From a virus (Duplodnaviria; Heunggongvirae; Uroviricota; Caudoviricetes), in IMG/VR virus record IMGVR_UViG_2541047679_000003: a DNA stretch of 35,960 nt. One strand, written 5' to 3'. The first letter of the stretch is position 1. Each line of letters begins with the position of its first letter. The notes under the pieces were generated by a model that was not told the DNA's origin, did no database searches, and saw nothing but the letters and a program-made list of their open reading frames with translations. A program made the translations under genes and the position numbers. Positions 1 through 9,263 of the stretch are shown piece after piece.

Positions 1-820
1 AAACCAAGGTAATTGAGGACATCTTTTATACTGCCCTTAGCGATAATAGCGCGACCAATAGCTGTAAGGGTTGCCAGCTCTGCGCGGTCTGCTCCGGTAA
101 AATAAGGCAACCGATCTGCTGCAGTGGCAAGTCCTGCCAGAGCAGTGAGCGTGGCATCTGCCGGTTGTTTTCCGTTTGCCAGATCGTATGCAGCCTTGAC
201 CGCTTTCGGTGTGGCGGCCAGTATTTCAGACGTGCTGTTGATGGCACTGCTCAATTGTACGGTGCCTTTTGCCGTCAGCGAGGCAGCAGGCACTCCCGTT
301 ATCTGACTCCACGGGTGAGTGTGGCTGACGGGCGCCTTGCCGGCTGCAAGGTCGTATGCAGCCTTGACCGCCTTCGGCGTGGCAGCCTCAGTTTCTGATT
401 GACTGTCCGTGGCGCTGCTCAGTTGTACGGTGCCTTTTGCCGTCAGTGAAGCCGCAGGCACTCCCGTTATCTGACTCCACGGGTGAGTGTGGCTGGCAGG
501 CGCCTTGCCGGCTGCCAGGTCGTATGCAGCCTTGACCGCTTTTGGTGTGGCGGCCAGCGTTTCAGAGGTGCTGTTGGTGGCACTGCTCAGTTGGGTGAAC
601 CCCTTAGCTGTCAGTGTCGCGTCCGGGTGGTTACGGGAACGTACGTGTTCAGCCAGTGACTGTGCGGCTTCCTCCGTTTTCTTCTTCAGCCATTTCGTCC
701 TGTTTGCCAGTTGCCGGGGGGCTCGATTTGATATCCCGTCTGCACCACCCAGAACCGGATCTGATGTCTCCAGTTGATAGATATTTTCTTCCCACTTTTC
801 TGTTTCATTCAGGTTTCCCA
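1..820 (-). CDS. tail fibre protein, partial (ATG at 820, runs off window start)
   Basis: Own translation of the minus strand from 820: MGNLNETEKWEENIYQLETSDPVLGGADGISNRAPRQLANRTKWLKK... followed by three 56-aa repeats of the type ...TAKGxxQLSSATxSxSEtxAATPKAVKAAYDLA..., typical of phage tail fibre proteins; SD GGGAG upstream; not in the ORF track because no stop lies in the window. Confidence 0.75.
165..600. repeat. three tandem 168-bp direct repeats inside the tail fibre gene
   Basis: tcgtatgcagccttgaccgc recurs at 184, 352 and 520 with surrounding near-identical sequence; period 168 bp = 56 codons, in frame. Confidence 0.8.
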
Positions 821-823
821 TAA

Positions 824-1402
824 TCAACTGCTCCCGTGGTTATAACTGCCATCATGGATGGCGGTATTGTTATAGCGAATGGCCACAGACTGATACTCCA
901 GGCTGGCCAGATGGCAGCGGGCCGGTGCAAATGCAGCCAGCGTCTGACGCAGCATCGCGGCCTGATCGTTAGTAATGGGCTGTTTCAGAATAACGCGATA
1001 AACTGCCCAGGCGGCTGCATCTCCATGAACAAACAGTCCGTTATAGCTGCGATTGCCGTCGTAACTGAGACGACCTGTGCCTTCAATCAGATCCACTTCA
1101 CCAAAGCCAAAACGGCGGATAACTTCCCGGATTGACCACGGCGTCCCTTTATACCGGTGCAGTTCGATGGCTGCTTTTATAAGCATGCGGCGAACATCGT
1201 CCGATTCCGCCAGCTCCCAGCCATCGCCAGACAGTGAGAACTGCTCGCCCAGCCATGGCAGCGCGGAACTGTCGACGATATCGACGAGAAAGACCATCAG
1301 TACGCTCAGGTCGATGTTATCCAGCCGTCCTGCCAGTCTTCCCAGCGTCCTGAGACTGATATCACCCTCAAGCGGTGGCGGGAGTTGTAATGGCTCAGTC
1401 AT
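824..1402 (-). CDS. tail protein, P2 gpI-like
   Basis: 192-aa ORF between the baseplate J-like gene and the tail fibre; position and sequence character fit the P2 gpI family. Confidence 0.6.
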   Translation of the reverse strand: MTEPLQLPPPLEGDISLRTLGRLAGRLDNIDLSVLMVFLVDIVDSSALPWLGEQFSLSGDGWELAESDDVRRMLIKAAIELHRYKGTPWSIREVIRRFGFGEVDLIEGTGRLSYDGNRSYNGLFVHGDAAAWAVYRVILKQPITNDQAAMLRQTLAAFAPARCHLASLEYQSVAIRYNNTAIHDGSYNHGSS

Positions 1403-2498
1403 CAGACACTCCAGTCATGTTAAGAGTGATTGCCGTACAGTTTGCCCATTCGTTTTCTGCCACCACCCGCAGTGCCGGTGTCACCAGTTCAACCTGGTAC
1501 ACCCCGGAAACGGACAATGCACTGATAATCTGGCTGGGGACAATATCGCGCCCCAGCGTGGCGGCACGTGATGCCACCCAGTTCTGTATGGCGCTGTTAG
1601 CGGCATCTTTTACAGACCTGGCATCCTGATCACGATAGATCGTAATCCTGGCTTCAATGGTGTAATCCACCTTCACTGGTGTTTTAGCCCGCACTGTATC
1701 AGTGAGTGGCCTGACTTTCTCATCAGAGCAGAAACTCTCTACCAGCGTGAGAACACCGCCGTCCGGCAGACCGGTACTGAGCAGCGGATACAGATCTACG
1801 GTCCCGGGAACCGGGGAAAGCACAGCAACATCGACAATGTTGGGATGGGCCTGCATGGCATGAAAGCGGTATGCGCCACGGCTTCCGGCATTGGTGAATG
1901 ACTCCGGGGCCAGCCTGATACGCTCCCGGAGCCTGTCATCGTCTTCCTGTTCTGAACCGCCGGAACTGGCCATCAGATTGCTCACCAGCAGGTTAACGTT
2001 ATCAATCTCATCGAGTAACTGACTGACCTGCGCAGGTTGCCAGCCGTTACCAGCGGTACCGGGTTCGGTACAGGTGGCCGTGACATTGACCAGCAGCAAT
2101 CCGGCCTTCAGTACCACATCTGTATCGGTGGCAAAAATAACGCTGTCGGAAGCGCTGACGCGGGTGCCTGCCGGGATCAGCACATCAATGGCCAGTGCCT
2201 CATCTACGGAGAACTGGAGCGTGGTGGTGGCAGGCTGCGCGGCAAGACGGTATACACCGACCAGTTCACCGAGGTAATCAATCATCGGCTCACGGGCAAA
2301 GGCGACCAGATTCTGCTTTGCTGCCTCCTGTACCGCAACCCTGACCAGCATTTCGCGATAGGCCCACAGATCAATCAGCAGACGTTCTGCCTGTGCCGGG
2401 TACAGCGTTTTGCCGGTATCCGCTTCATACTTCGCAATCATTTCTGCCGTGATTTTGTCGGCATCGCGTTCAATAAAATCGGGTTCTGTCAGCGCCAT
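1395..2498 (-). CDS. baseplate protein, J-like
   Basis: 367-aa ORF directly downstream of the gp25/W-like gene; baseplate J-like size and position. Confidence 0.75.
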   Translation of the reverse strand: MALTEPDFIERDADKITAEMIAKYEADTGKTLYPAQAERLLIDLWAYREMLVRVAVQEAAKQNLVAFAREPMIDYLGELVGVYRLAAQPATTTLQFSVDEALAIDVLIPAGTRVSASDSVIFATDTDVVLKAGLLLVNVTATCTEPGTAGNGWQPAQVSQLLDEIDNVNLLVSNLMASSGGSEQEDDDRLRERIRLAPESFTNAGSRGAYRFHAMQAHPNIVDVAVLSPVPGTVDLYPLLSTGLPDGGVLTLVESFCSDEKVRPLTDTVRAKTPVKVDYTIEARITIYRDQDARSVKDAANSAIQNWVASRAATLGRDIVPSQIISALSVSGVYQVELVTPALRVVAENEWANCTAITLNMTGVSDD

Positions 2499-2836
2499 AG
2501 CAGCTCCTGAGTCCGGGTCTGTCCGTCTGAGCCTTTCCAGCTCACCCGGAGCGTAAGATGTTCGCCGTCGACGGCGGGTTTAACTGACATAAGCTGGCAG
2601 CGGGGCTCCCAGCGCCGGATGGCATCGACGGATTCGCGCACCACATGCGGAATGGCCCGGTCTACAGGCCAGTCGATATAAAGATGCAGATTGCTGCCGA
2701 ACTCCGGGCGATGCGGGTCGCTGCCGCGGGGAGTCCGCAGGATAATTTGAATCGCCTGCCGGATATCATCCAGCCCCCGGACAATTTCGCCGGGAGCCTG
2801 CAGGGCTGGTTGCCAGAATACTGAGGTTGTTTTCAT
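2489..2836 (-). CDS. baseplate wedge protein, GPW/gp25-like
   Basis: 115-aa ORF with a PEFGS-type motif typical of the gp25/GPW family; ATG at 2836. Confidence 0.7.
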   Translation of the reverse strand: MKTTSVFWQPALQAPGEIVRGLDDIRQAIQIILRTPRGSDPHRPEFGSNLHLYIDWPVDRAIPHVVRESVDAIRRWEPRCQLMSVKPAVDGEHLTLRVSWKGSDGQTRTQELLWR

Positions 2837-2867
2837 GGGGGCAGTATTGCCCCCGTGCGGGAACGCT

Positions 2868-2877
2868 GATATTAAAG
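2868..2877 (-). promoter_or_regulatory. candidate late promoter motif upstream of the baseplate W-like gene
   Basis: Minus-strand CTTTAATATC in the 54-bp gap before the gp25/W-like gene, followed by a GGGGGCA/TGCCCCC hairpin. Confidence 0.3.
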
Positions 2878-2890
2878 GCGTTTAAAAAGC

Positions 2891-3487
2891 TCAGTGGGAG
2901 TGGTGGCTGGAGTTTTCGCCATCAGACAACATACTGCCCGTGGCATGGACATTCCCTTTAATCTCGATATTGCCATGGATGGTCGCGGTAACACCTTCAC
3001 CACCAGAACCCGCCATGCCTCCTTCGTAAATCAGCTTACCCCTGACACGCAGATCTCCGGTAAGTTCGGTTTCCGGTGCGTCAATCGTGGCTTTCTGTGT
3101 TTTCAATACCACATCAGCACCACACTCAATGACAATATGCTCAATGCCGCCCCGGATGATCAGAGTGTGCGTCTTCCGGTTGTAGCTGTACTCTGCACCA
3201 TCAGCAAACCGGGTTCCCCGGATATTTTTGTCACTGAACGGTGGTTTATCGACGTCTGAATACACCGCGCCCAGAATAACACCATCCTCGCCGTTGGCAT
3301 CGAGCAGCACCTCAACCTGCTCCCCCACGTCAGGGAGCCAGTAATCTTTGTTATCCTGGGTATTGCGCTGCAGCACGTTAAGCCAGTTTGTGCGCAGGTT
3401 ATCGCATTCAGGCAGACGAACGCGGGCCTGAACCCTGTCGGCATCAACGGCACTGACCGTACCGACCTGACGAGTGACACCAGTCAT
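2891..3487 (-). CDS. baseplate assembly/spike protein, gpV-like
   Basis: 198-aa ORF, N-terminal region resembling P2 gpV-type spike proteins, Gly-rich C-terminus. Confidence 0.7.
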   Translation of the reverse strand: MTGVTRQVGTVSAVDADRVQARVRLPECDNLRTNWLNVLQRNTQDNKDYWLPDVGEQVEVLLDANGEDGVILGAVYSDVDKPPFSDKNIRGTRFADGAEYSYNRKTHTLIIRGGIEHIVIECGADVVLKTQKATIDAPETELTGDLRVRGKLIYEGGMAGSGGEGVTATIHGNIEIKGNVHATGSMLSDGENSSHHSH

Positions 3488-4638
3488 TTTTTCTTCTCCT
3501 TAATCACCGTCGATGTACTGCCATCCGGGTGATAAACCGTGAGTTTCTGAGTTTTTTGTTTTTTCCCTCTTGTGACTGGCCCCCGTGCCACTTCCAGCTC
3601 TGTGGTGTAGCCGCTGTTACGGTCAAACGCATGGCGGGCAGTGGTTATGAGCCATGGCCCGGATAACTGCCCAAAACTCACCAGTTCAATTTTGTTGCCT
3701 GCTGTCAGTTGAGGTGTTCCCGTCAGCGTCAGGGAGCCGTTCTGCTGGTATTCGTTATGTCTGGCCAGTGCTGAATCCGCTTTAATCCGGGCACTGTCCG
3801 GGTCGCTGACGCGGCTGTTAACTTTAAGTGAGTCAGCGCTGGTAACCTTACCACCTTTGAGCTTTTTGTCGCTTTCACGGGTACCACCATCAGCTTCGTA
3901 GACGATCAGTTTTTTACTGCTGCTTTTCTGGTGTTTTACCTTTGCAGATTTATAGACCCGGTTGATGGTGTCACGCAGGGAAAAGCGGGCCACATCCTGC
4001 GGTTTTAACTGCCTGACCGGCTCCTGACTGCGCAGTGTGGCCAGATGAGAAAAAATCAGCTGGTCACTGACCACTTTCACTGCATAACCATACTCGCTGG
4101 CCAGCCGGCGCAGAAAACCCACGTCGGTTTCAGCATACTGGGTCACCCGGTCGATTCTGATGGACTCAATGCTGCCCACCAGTTTCAGCCGGTGCTTTCT
4201 GGCAATCCGCCCCGCAACAGCTGCCAGCGTGGTGTTCTCAAAACCACGACTGGTTTTAGTCCGCAGGGCACTGTTAACCGAGGTGGCCACCCCACGGATA
4301 GAAACAACGGAAGCGGGCGAACTCACTTCGATCTCGTCTATAGAGAACGTACCGCAGGACAGCAGCTTCTCGCCCTGATAGCCCATTTTCAGCGTCAGCG
4401 TGTCACCCTTGCCCGGATACCATTTATCCAGCCAGCGGCCATCGGTGTCGTCCAGCTCCACCTCAATGGTATCGGACTCATTTTTGATGTTATCGCTCCA
4501 GGTCACACGGGTGACATAAGGCGCGATATCAGAGGTGATGTTTTTCTGCAGATACCACAGAGTGAACACCGGTGTCAGCACATCGCTGACGCCGGTTAAC
4601 GCTGATGTGACTTGCGCAGTGCTGTTTATCTCAGCCAT
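3484..4638 (-). CDS. tail protein, P2 gpD / Mu P-like
   Basis: 384-aa ORF in the position of the late control D-family tail protein. Confidence 0.65.
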   Translation of the reverse strand: MAEINSTAQVTSALTGVSDVLTPVFTLWYLQKNITSDIAPYVTRVTWSDNIKNESDTIEVELDDTDGRWLDKWYPGKGDTLTLKMGYQGEKLLSCGTFSIDEIEVSSPASVVSIRGVATSVNSALRTKTSRGFENTTLAAVAGRIARKHRLKLVGSIESIRIDRVTQYAETDVGFLRRLASEYGYAVKVVSDQLIFSHLATLRSQEPVRQLKPQDVARFSLRDTINRVYKSAKVKHQKSSSKKLIVYEADGGTRESDKKLKGGKVTSADSLKVNSRVSDPDSARIKADSALARHNEYQQNGSLTLTGTPQLTAGNKIELVSFGQLSGPWLITTARHAFDRNSGYTTELEVARGPVTRGKKQKTQKLTVYHPDGSTSTVIKEKKK

Positions 4639-4841
4639 GGGGCAATATCCTCTTCTGTACGGGCTTCTTCAGCCTCAATCACCGGGATCAGTAACAACAG
4701 CCCGGAGGGCAGCACCGGCGTGATGGCCACGTGCGGATTGGCGGCAATAATCCGGGGATAGCCCAGCGGGTCACCGTAGTACTGCCATGCCAGCGAATCC
4801 CAGCGCTCTCCGTCACGGGTAACATGTTCAAGAAACATCAC
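4626..4841 (-). CDS. tail protein X-like
   Basis: 71-aa ORF with an RWDSLAWQYYGDP motif typical of P2 gpX-like proteins. Confidence 0.6.
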   Translation of the reverse strand: MMFLEHVTRDGERWDSLAWQYYGDPLGYPRIIAANPHVAITPVLPSGLLLLIPVIEAEEARTEEDIAPWLR

Positions 4842-5722
4842 ACACTCCTCGTCAGTATTCTGGCGGCCATTGCACTTAATCCCGGAGACATGCGGTTGAA
4901 TGCTGTGCCGACGGCGTTAAGCTGCCCGGAAACGGTATCCAGAGCACCTGCAATATTTCTTTTGTCCACACCACTCAGCGCAGACTGTGCCTGCTGTACA
5001 TACGTGGCTGCTTCGCTGGCTGTTCTGGCCAGACTGATGGCATCGGGCATGGATTCAGAGAGTGCGTTAAACGCCGGAACACTTTTCCCCAGAGCCCCGG
5101 AGATATTACCCAGTCCGCTCATCAGCCCCGGCACACGGGTCAGTGCGACAACGGGGTTATCCTTCATTTTCTGTGTCACCCGAACGGCGCTGATAGTGGT
5201 CTGGAGTACAGACTGCGCCTGTTTCGCATAGTTGACGCCGTTGCGGATGAACTGCGCCACCCCTGAAGGTGAAGGTATGGCACCGGAGACCGCCCCGACA
5301 CCCGGGAGCTTCGTGCGTATTGCCGGTGGTTGCAGAGGATTTTTCGGGTCACCGGTGTATTCCCGGAGAGACACGGTGGCACTGACAGCCAGCACGTTGC
5401 CGGTACTGTCAGTCTGCTCGCTGGTTGCAGTCACATCGGTGATCACGAACCAGCCGCGATAGTCACCGTTGCCGAAGACCAGCGCCAGTGCCTGATGGGC
5501 TTTCATGGCTGTTCGCAGTCTCGCCAGCTCCACATCGGGTACACAATAATGCTGATGGAAAACCAGAGTTATCTGGATTTCGTCCAGCCTGTCGCCGACG
5601 AACTGCAGACCAGGCTTACCCCCGATGCGGGCATGCTCCGCATAATCGACGCCGAACGTGGCCTCGAAGCCGTCCCAGTAGGTAATCAGCTCAAACTCAA
5701 TATCACCCAGTACGGCAAACAT
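4838..5722 (-). CDS. tail protein, P2 gpU / Mu N (DNA circularisation)-like
   Basis: 294-aa ORF immediately downstream of the tape measure gene; N-terminus gpU-like. Confidence 0.55.
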   Translation of the reverse strand: MFAVLGDIEFELITYWDGFEATFGVDYAEHARIGGKPGLQFVGDRLDEIQITLVFHQHYCVPDVELARLRTAMKAHQALALVFGNGDYRGWFVITDVTATSEQTDSTGNVLAVSATVSLREYTGDPKNPLQPPAIRTKLPGVGAVSGAIPSPSGVAQFIRNGVNYAKQAQSVLQTTISAVRVTQKMKDNPVVALTRVPGLMSGLGNISGALGKSVPAFNALSESMPDAISLARTASEAATYVQQAQSALSGVDKRNIAGALDTVSGQLNAVGTAFNRMSPGLSAMAARILTRSV

Positions 5723-8673
5723 CAGCGGTACTCCTTACGTTGTTTCTGAGCCAGCAGACGCTCCAGCATTTTTTCCAGCTCATGCAGACTCATATTCAGG
5801 GCACCAGTCAGTCCTGCAGGCGCTGTGGTTTCCCTGCCATTGAGGAAAAACTGAGGATTAAAGCTGACCTGGATACCACCAGACGTTCCACCGCCGGTTG
5901 CAGCTGCACCACGGCCTGAATATCCGGCAGCCAGGATTTCAGGCGAGGGGATACGGGGAACATCCGGTGTCATCTCATTTGCCAGACGTTGCCCTGGTAA
6001 AATCGATGCCCGGGTGGAGAGCGGAATAGCGGGCATGGAAGACAAACTATTGATTACGGCTCCGATCGCATTTTTAGCAGACGACATAAACCCATTGATA
6101 TCGGGCAACGGCATACTGAAGCGAACACCTGAAGTGTTATCCCGTATTTCTGGCCCCTGAATGCTCACGGGCATTCTGGGGAGCAGTTCACTGGCCATTC
6201 GCTGCCCGGCCAGAGCTGCAAGCGGAGTGGTCCGCTGCAGGCCAATGGCGGCCCCCTGCGCGATATTGTCACCAAAGCCCATAAACACGCGGCTCGGCGA
6301 ATGAATGCCCAGCTTTTCGCTGAACCAGCCACTGATGCTGTCGCCCATTCCGGTTACACTGGATTTGAGCGACTCCCATTTGTTTTTGATACCGTTAATC
6401 AGACCATCGACAAGATGGCCACCGAAGTCGGTAAACTTTGCCGGCAGATCAACACCAAGATATTTCAGCGCAGCTGCAAAGGCTTTATAGAGCAGACCTG
6501 CCGGCGACCAGTTAATCAGCAGCTTACCAGTTCCCGCGATACCGCCGTTAAAGGCTTCCTGAATGTCAGCCCAGCATTGTTTAAACCAGCTACTGATGCT
6601 GTCACCCATTCCGGTTACACTGGATTTGAGCGACCCCCATTTGTTTTTGATACCGTTAATCAAACCGTCGATAAGATGGCCACCGAAGTCGGTGAACTTT
6701 GCCGGCAGAGTAACGCCGAAATATTTCAGCGCAGCCGCAAAGGCTTTATAGAGCAGGCCTGCCGGCGACCAGTTAATCAGCAGCTTACCAGTTCCCGCGA
6801 TACCGCCGTTAAAGGCTTCCTGAATGTCAGCCCAGCGCTGTTTAAACCAGCCACTGACTGCCCCCCAGTTGCGGTAGATAAGGTAAGCTGCTGCCGCGAC
6901 AGCGGTGATAACGAGACCGATGGGATTCATCATCAGCGCTCGCCCAATCCAGAGAACGGCACGTGCAGCGCTCATAAAACCGCGAACGAGGCTGCCCGCC
7001 AGAACTTTGCTGAGTTTCAGTCCTCCGCTGGTCAGTCGGCTGAATCCAGTGACAAGCCAGCGTAATTTGCCACCTTCTCCGAGTGCGGTAGTCAGTCGAT
7101 GCCAGTTGGTCCGGAGTAAAACAGCAGTTTTCCAGACGTTCACAAAGGGGGAAATAAGGAGATTCAGCCCCAGTTTGAGACCAACAGTCGCTATCTTAAT
7201 CGCAAGGAGCGCACTGATGAGCTTAAAAGCCCCACTGACAAATTGCGGGTGAGTCGCCACCCAGTGTTTTGTCCCCTGAATGAGTGGGAGCAAGTCCTGA
7301 GTCAGAGAAATAAAAGATGGAGCTAATTGATCGCCCAGCGTAATTGCCAGATCGCGACTGCTGACCATAAGTGTTTTAGTGGCTTCAAGGGGAGATTTCA
7401 GCCGCTGATCATAAGCACTGGCAAGCAAATCGTTATCCGCAGCCCTGAGAGCACCGGCACGGATCTCTCGATATCTGTCCATGTTGGCCAGCATCGGGCG
7501 GATAAATGCCATGACCTGCATATCCGCGAACATATCGCCCAGACCAAAGTTTTTCGCCAGAGCCTGAAGTGCCTCATCTCTTGCCGTATCATTCTTTATT
7601 TTCATGGCTGATTTGAAGCCGGCCAGCGCTTCGGGGCTTTTGGCATTGAGGTAACGTTCTATAACACTCAACATCCCTTCAATCGGAGAGATCCCCGCAG
7701 CTTTATAACTCGCAATAGATCCCTGCAAATCAATACCCAGATCAGCAAACTGTTTCTGAGTATCGCGGGCAAAAATTTTGGTAAGAAAGTTTTTAAAATT
7801 ATTGGCTGCTTCGTCGGTGGAACCTGCACCGATTTTTGCTATCTGGAGACTGGCCCCGATTTCAGCAACAGCCTCTTTTCCACTGGCAATACCCGCCATC
7901 ATTGGGGCCAGGGACTGCATCCACTTGACCTGATCCGGGATTTCAAATGACCCCTGGTCACCGGCATAAGCCATAATATTCTGAACGGCACCAAAATCTC
8001 TGGCCGCGCCTTTCAGGGAGTTTTGCCAGACTGCGGCCACTTTTGCCCAGTCCTGAGCAGACGTGCGTGTTGCCGTTGCCGCGCGGGCAATATCCGGCAT
8101 CAGAAAACCGATATCTGACACATTATCAATATTGTCGCTGATGAGTGAACCCATCGCCTCCTGCAGCTCATCCTGATACTGATTGTATTTAAGCGCCCAG
8201 CCTTTTATCTGTCCGGCAAGTGCATCCCGCGTTTTATTGTCATATTTTGCGGTGATCGACATATCAATCATTTTGTCCTGAAAAGACATGGACTGCTGAA
8301 CGGCAGGGGAAACCGTATGATAAACAGTCTGTGCCATGCCATACGCTTCAATCCCCTGACCATACAGCGCCATGCGGTTAGCTTTCAGCGCATCACTGGT
8401 AGCGGATGCCGCTGACAGACGGCGCTGCTGGCGCTCAATTTGCTCCATGGTGCGGCTTACCCGCAGCAGCTCGCTGTTGAGATGCTGCATCCGGGAAGAA
8501 CCCAGTTGACCATAACGTTCTGTTGCACGGGTTAAAGCGTTCTGACGTTCCTGCAGGCGGCGTGAGGTATCGCTCAGGGAATCAAGCGCACGGCGGGTAC
8601 CGCTCATTGCAGAACGGAATGTGCTGCCAATCATCCCGCCGATAACAACGCCGACTGAAAACTGTCCCGACAT
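5722..8673 (-). CDS. tail tape measure protein
   Basis: 983-aa ORF, helical/low-complexity, between chaperone genes and baseplate genes; contains an internal 87-aa tandem duplication. Confidence 0.85.
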   Translation of the reverse strand: MSGQFSVGVVIGGMIGSTFRSAMSGTRRALDSLSDTSRRLQERQNALTRATERYGQLGSSRMQHLNSELLRVSRTMEQIERQQRRLSAASATSDALKANRMALYGQGIEAYGMAQTVYHTVSPAVQQSMSFQDKMIDMSITAKYDNKTRDALAGQIKGWALKYNQYQDELQEAMGSLISDNIDNVSDIGFLMPDIARAATATRTSAQDWAKVAAVWQNSLKGAARDFGAVQNIMAYAGDQGSFEIPDQVKWMQSLAPMMAGIASGKEAVAEIGASLQIAKIGAGSTDEAANNFKNFLTKIFARDTQKQFADLGIDLQGSIASYKAAGISPIEGMLSVIERYLNAKSPEALAGFKSAMKIKNDTARDEALQALAKNFGLGDMFADMQVMAFIRPMLANMDRYREIRAGALRAADNDLLASAYDQRLKSPLEATKTLMVSSRDLAITLGDQLAPSFISLTQDLLPLIQGTKHWVATHPQFVSGAFKLISALLAIKIATVGLKLGLNLLISPFVNVWKTAVLLRTNWHRLTTALGEGGKLRWLVTGFSRLTSGGLKLSKVLAGSLVRGFMSAARAVLWIGRALMMNPIGLVITAVAAAAYLIYRNWGAVSGWFKQRWADIQEAFNGGIAGTGKLLINWSPAGLLYKAFAAALKYFGVTLPAKFTDFGGHLIDGLINGIKNKWGSLKSSVTGMGDSISSWFKQCWADIQEAFNGGIAGTGKLLINWSPAGLLYKAFAAALKYLGVDLPAKFTDFGGHLVDGLINGIKNKWESLKSSVTGMGDSISGWFSEKLGIHSPSRVFMGFGDNIAQGAAIGLQRTTPLAALAGQRMASELLPRMPVSIQGPEIRDNTSGVRFSMPLPDINGFMSSAKNAIGAVINSLSSMPAIPLSTRASILPGQRLANEMTPDVPRIPSPEILAAGYSGRGAAATGGGTSGGIQVSFNPQFFLNGRETTAPAGLTGALNMSLHELEKMLERLLAQKQRKEYR
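6320..6841. repeat. tandem direct duplication (2 x 261 bp) inside the tape measure gene
   Basis: cccattccggttacact at 6344 and 6605 with flanking near-identical sequence; encodes two copies of ...WFKQ[R/C]WADIQEAFNGGIAGTGKLLINWSPAGLLYKAFAAALKY... Confidence 0.85.
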
Positions 8674-8748
8674 AGTGGTTAACCTCCGGGGAAGGTGAAA
8701 AGACGTGAGGGGATAACGCAGAACAGCCGCTACTGGCGGCTGTCTGTA

Positions 8749-9006
8749 CTATGATTTGTCGCCGTACTCGCTTTTGATTTGCTCTTCAGCCTGCTCCAGC
8801 CACATCTCCAGATCGTCAGTATCGAGGGCATCAATCTCCCCCGGCTGAAACCGGAACCATCTCGCCAGCAGCCCCTGCGCCTGCGTCAGCGCCCTGGTTG
8901 CTCTCACCCATCCCCGTGATGAGCTGAAATCGTTTCTGTAACTGCAGGTAATCAGCCAGATCCATATTGTCGAGATCCTCCGGGAGAAGACCAGTACTGC
9001 GGGCAA
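8749..9006 (-). other. overlapping extension frame of the tail chaperone (candidate frameshift product C-terminus, E'-like)
   Basis: Frame is closed by a stop immediately upstream (9007-9009) and overlaps the 3' part of the chaperone gene; encodes an acidic helical tail ...FQPGEIDALDTDDLEMWLEQAEEQIKSEYGDKS. Confidence 0.4.
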
Positions 9007-9166
9007 TCAGCGGTTCGTCCCAGTCTGCCGGGTTTTTGCTGATTTTGCGCACCTGCTTCAGGTCTTTTACCGTCAGGCGTTTCAGTTCAACCAGCTCAAT
9101 TCTGGTGCCTGCAGCAGTGGTGAAGGGATAAGACAATTTAAAAGTATCGGATGGGGTCTGTGACAT
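8831..9166 (-). CDS. tail assembly chaperone, P2 gpE-like
   Basis: 111-aa ORF immediately upstream of the tape measure gene, ATG at 9166 with AGGAG SD; Gly/Ala-rich C-terminus. Confidence 0.55.
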   Translation of the reverse strand: MSQTPSDTFKLSYPFTTAAGTRIELVELKRLTVKDLKQVRKISKNPADWDEPLIARSTGLLPEDLDNMDLADYLQLQKRFQLITGMGESNQGADAGAGAAGEMVPVSAGGD

Positions 9167-9218
9167 GATTGTGCTCCTGTGTAAGTTCAGGGCAGTATGT
9201 CGGGAGAAGCGCGTGACG

Positions 9219-9228
9219 GATATTAAAG
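9219..9228 (-). promoter_or_regulatory. candidate late promoter motif upstream of the tail chaperone gene
   Basis: Minus-strand CTTTAATATC about 55 nt upstream of the chaperone ATG; a GC-rich inverted repeat (9243-9256) lies just upstream. Confidence 0.35.
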
Positions 9229-9263
9229 GAGATTAAGAAGAAGGGGCCGGAGCCCCTGTGATG

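Noticed and set aside
124-777. Plus-strand ORFs 124..306, 165..398 and 487..777 with near-identical translations
   Set aside because: They lie antisense to the tail fibre gene and their similarity to each other only reflects the 168-bp tandem repeats in that gene; the minus-strand frame gives a convincing tail fibre protein.
1-820. Diversity-generating retroelement targeting the tail fibre
   Set aside because: No reverse transcriptase gene or template repeat is visible in the window; the repeat structure is ordinary tandem duplication.
165-6841. Possible CRISPR array suggested by the tandem repeats
   Set aside because: The repeats are 168 bp and 261 bp, in-frame within structural genes and lack short unique spacers; no cas genes are present.
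6301-7065. Plus-strand ORFs 6301..7065, 6305..6490 and 6563..6751 (paired 61-62 aa proteins)
   Set aside because: Antisense to the tape measure gene; the paired similar ORFs are a shadow of the 261-bp in-frame duplication in that gene.
9243-9256. GGGGCCGGAGCCCC hairpin read as a rho-independent terminator after the 93-aa ORF
   Set aside because: The downstream U-tract is weak (TTCTTCTTAAT) and the hairpin sits just upstream of a candidate late promoter motif, so it is more likely part of the promoter upstream element; kept only inside the late-promoter finding.
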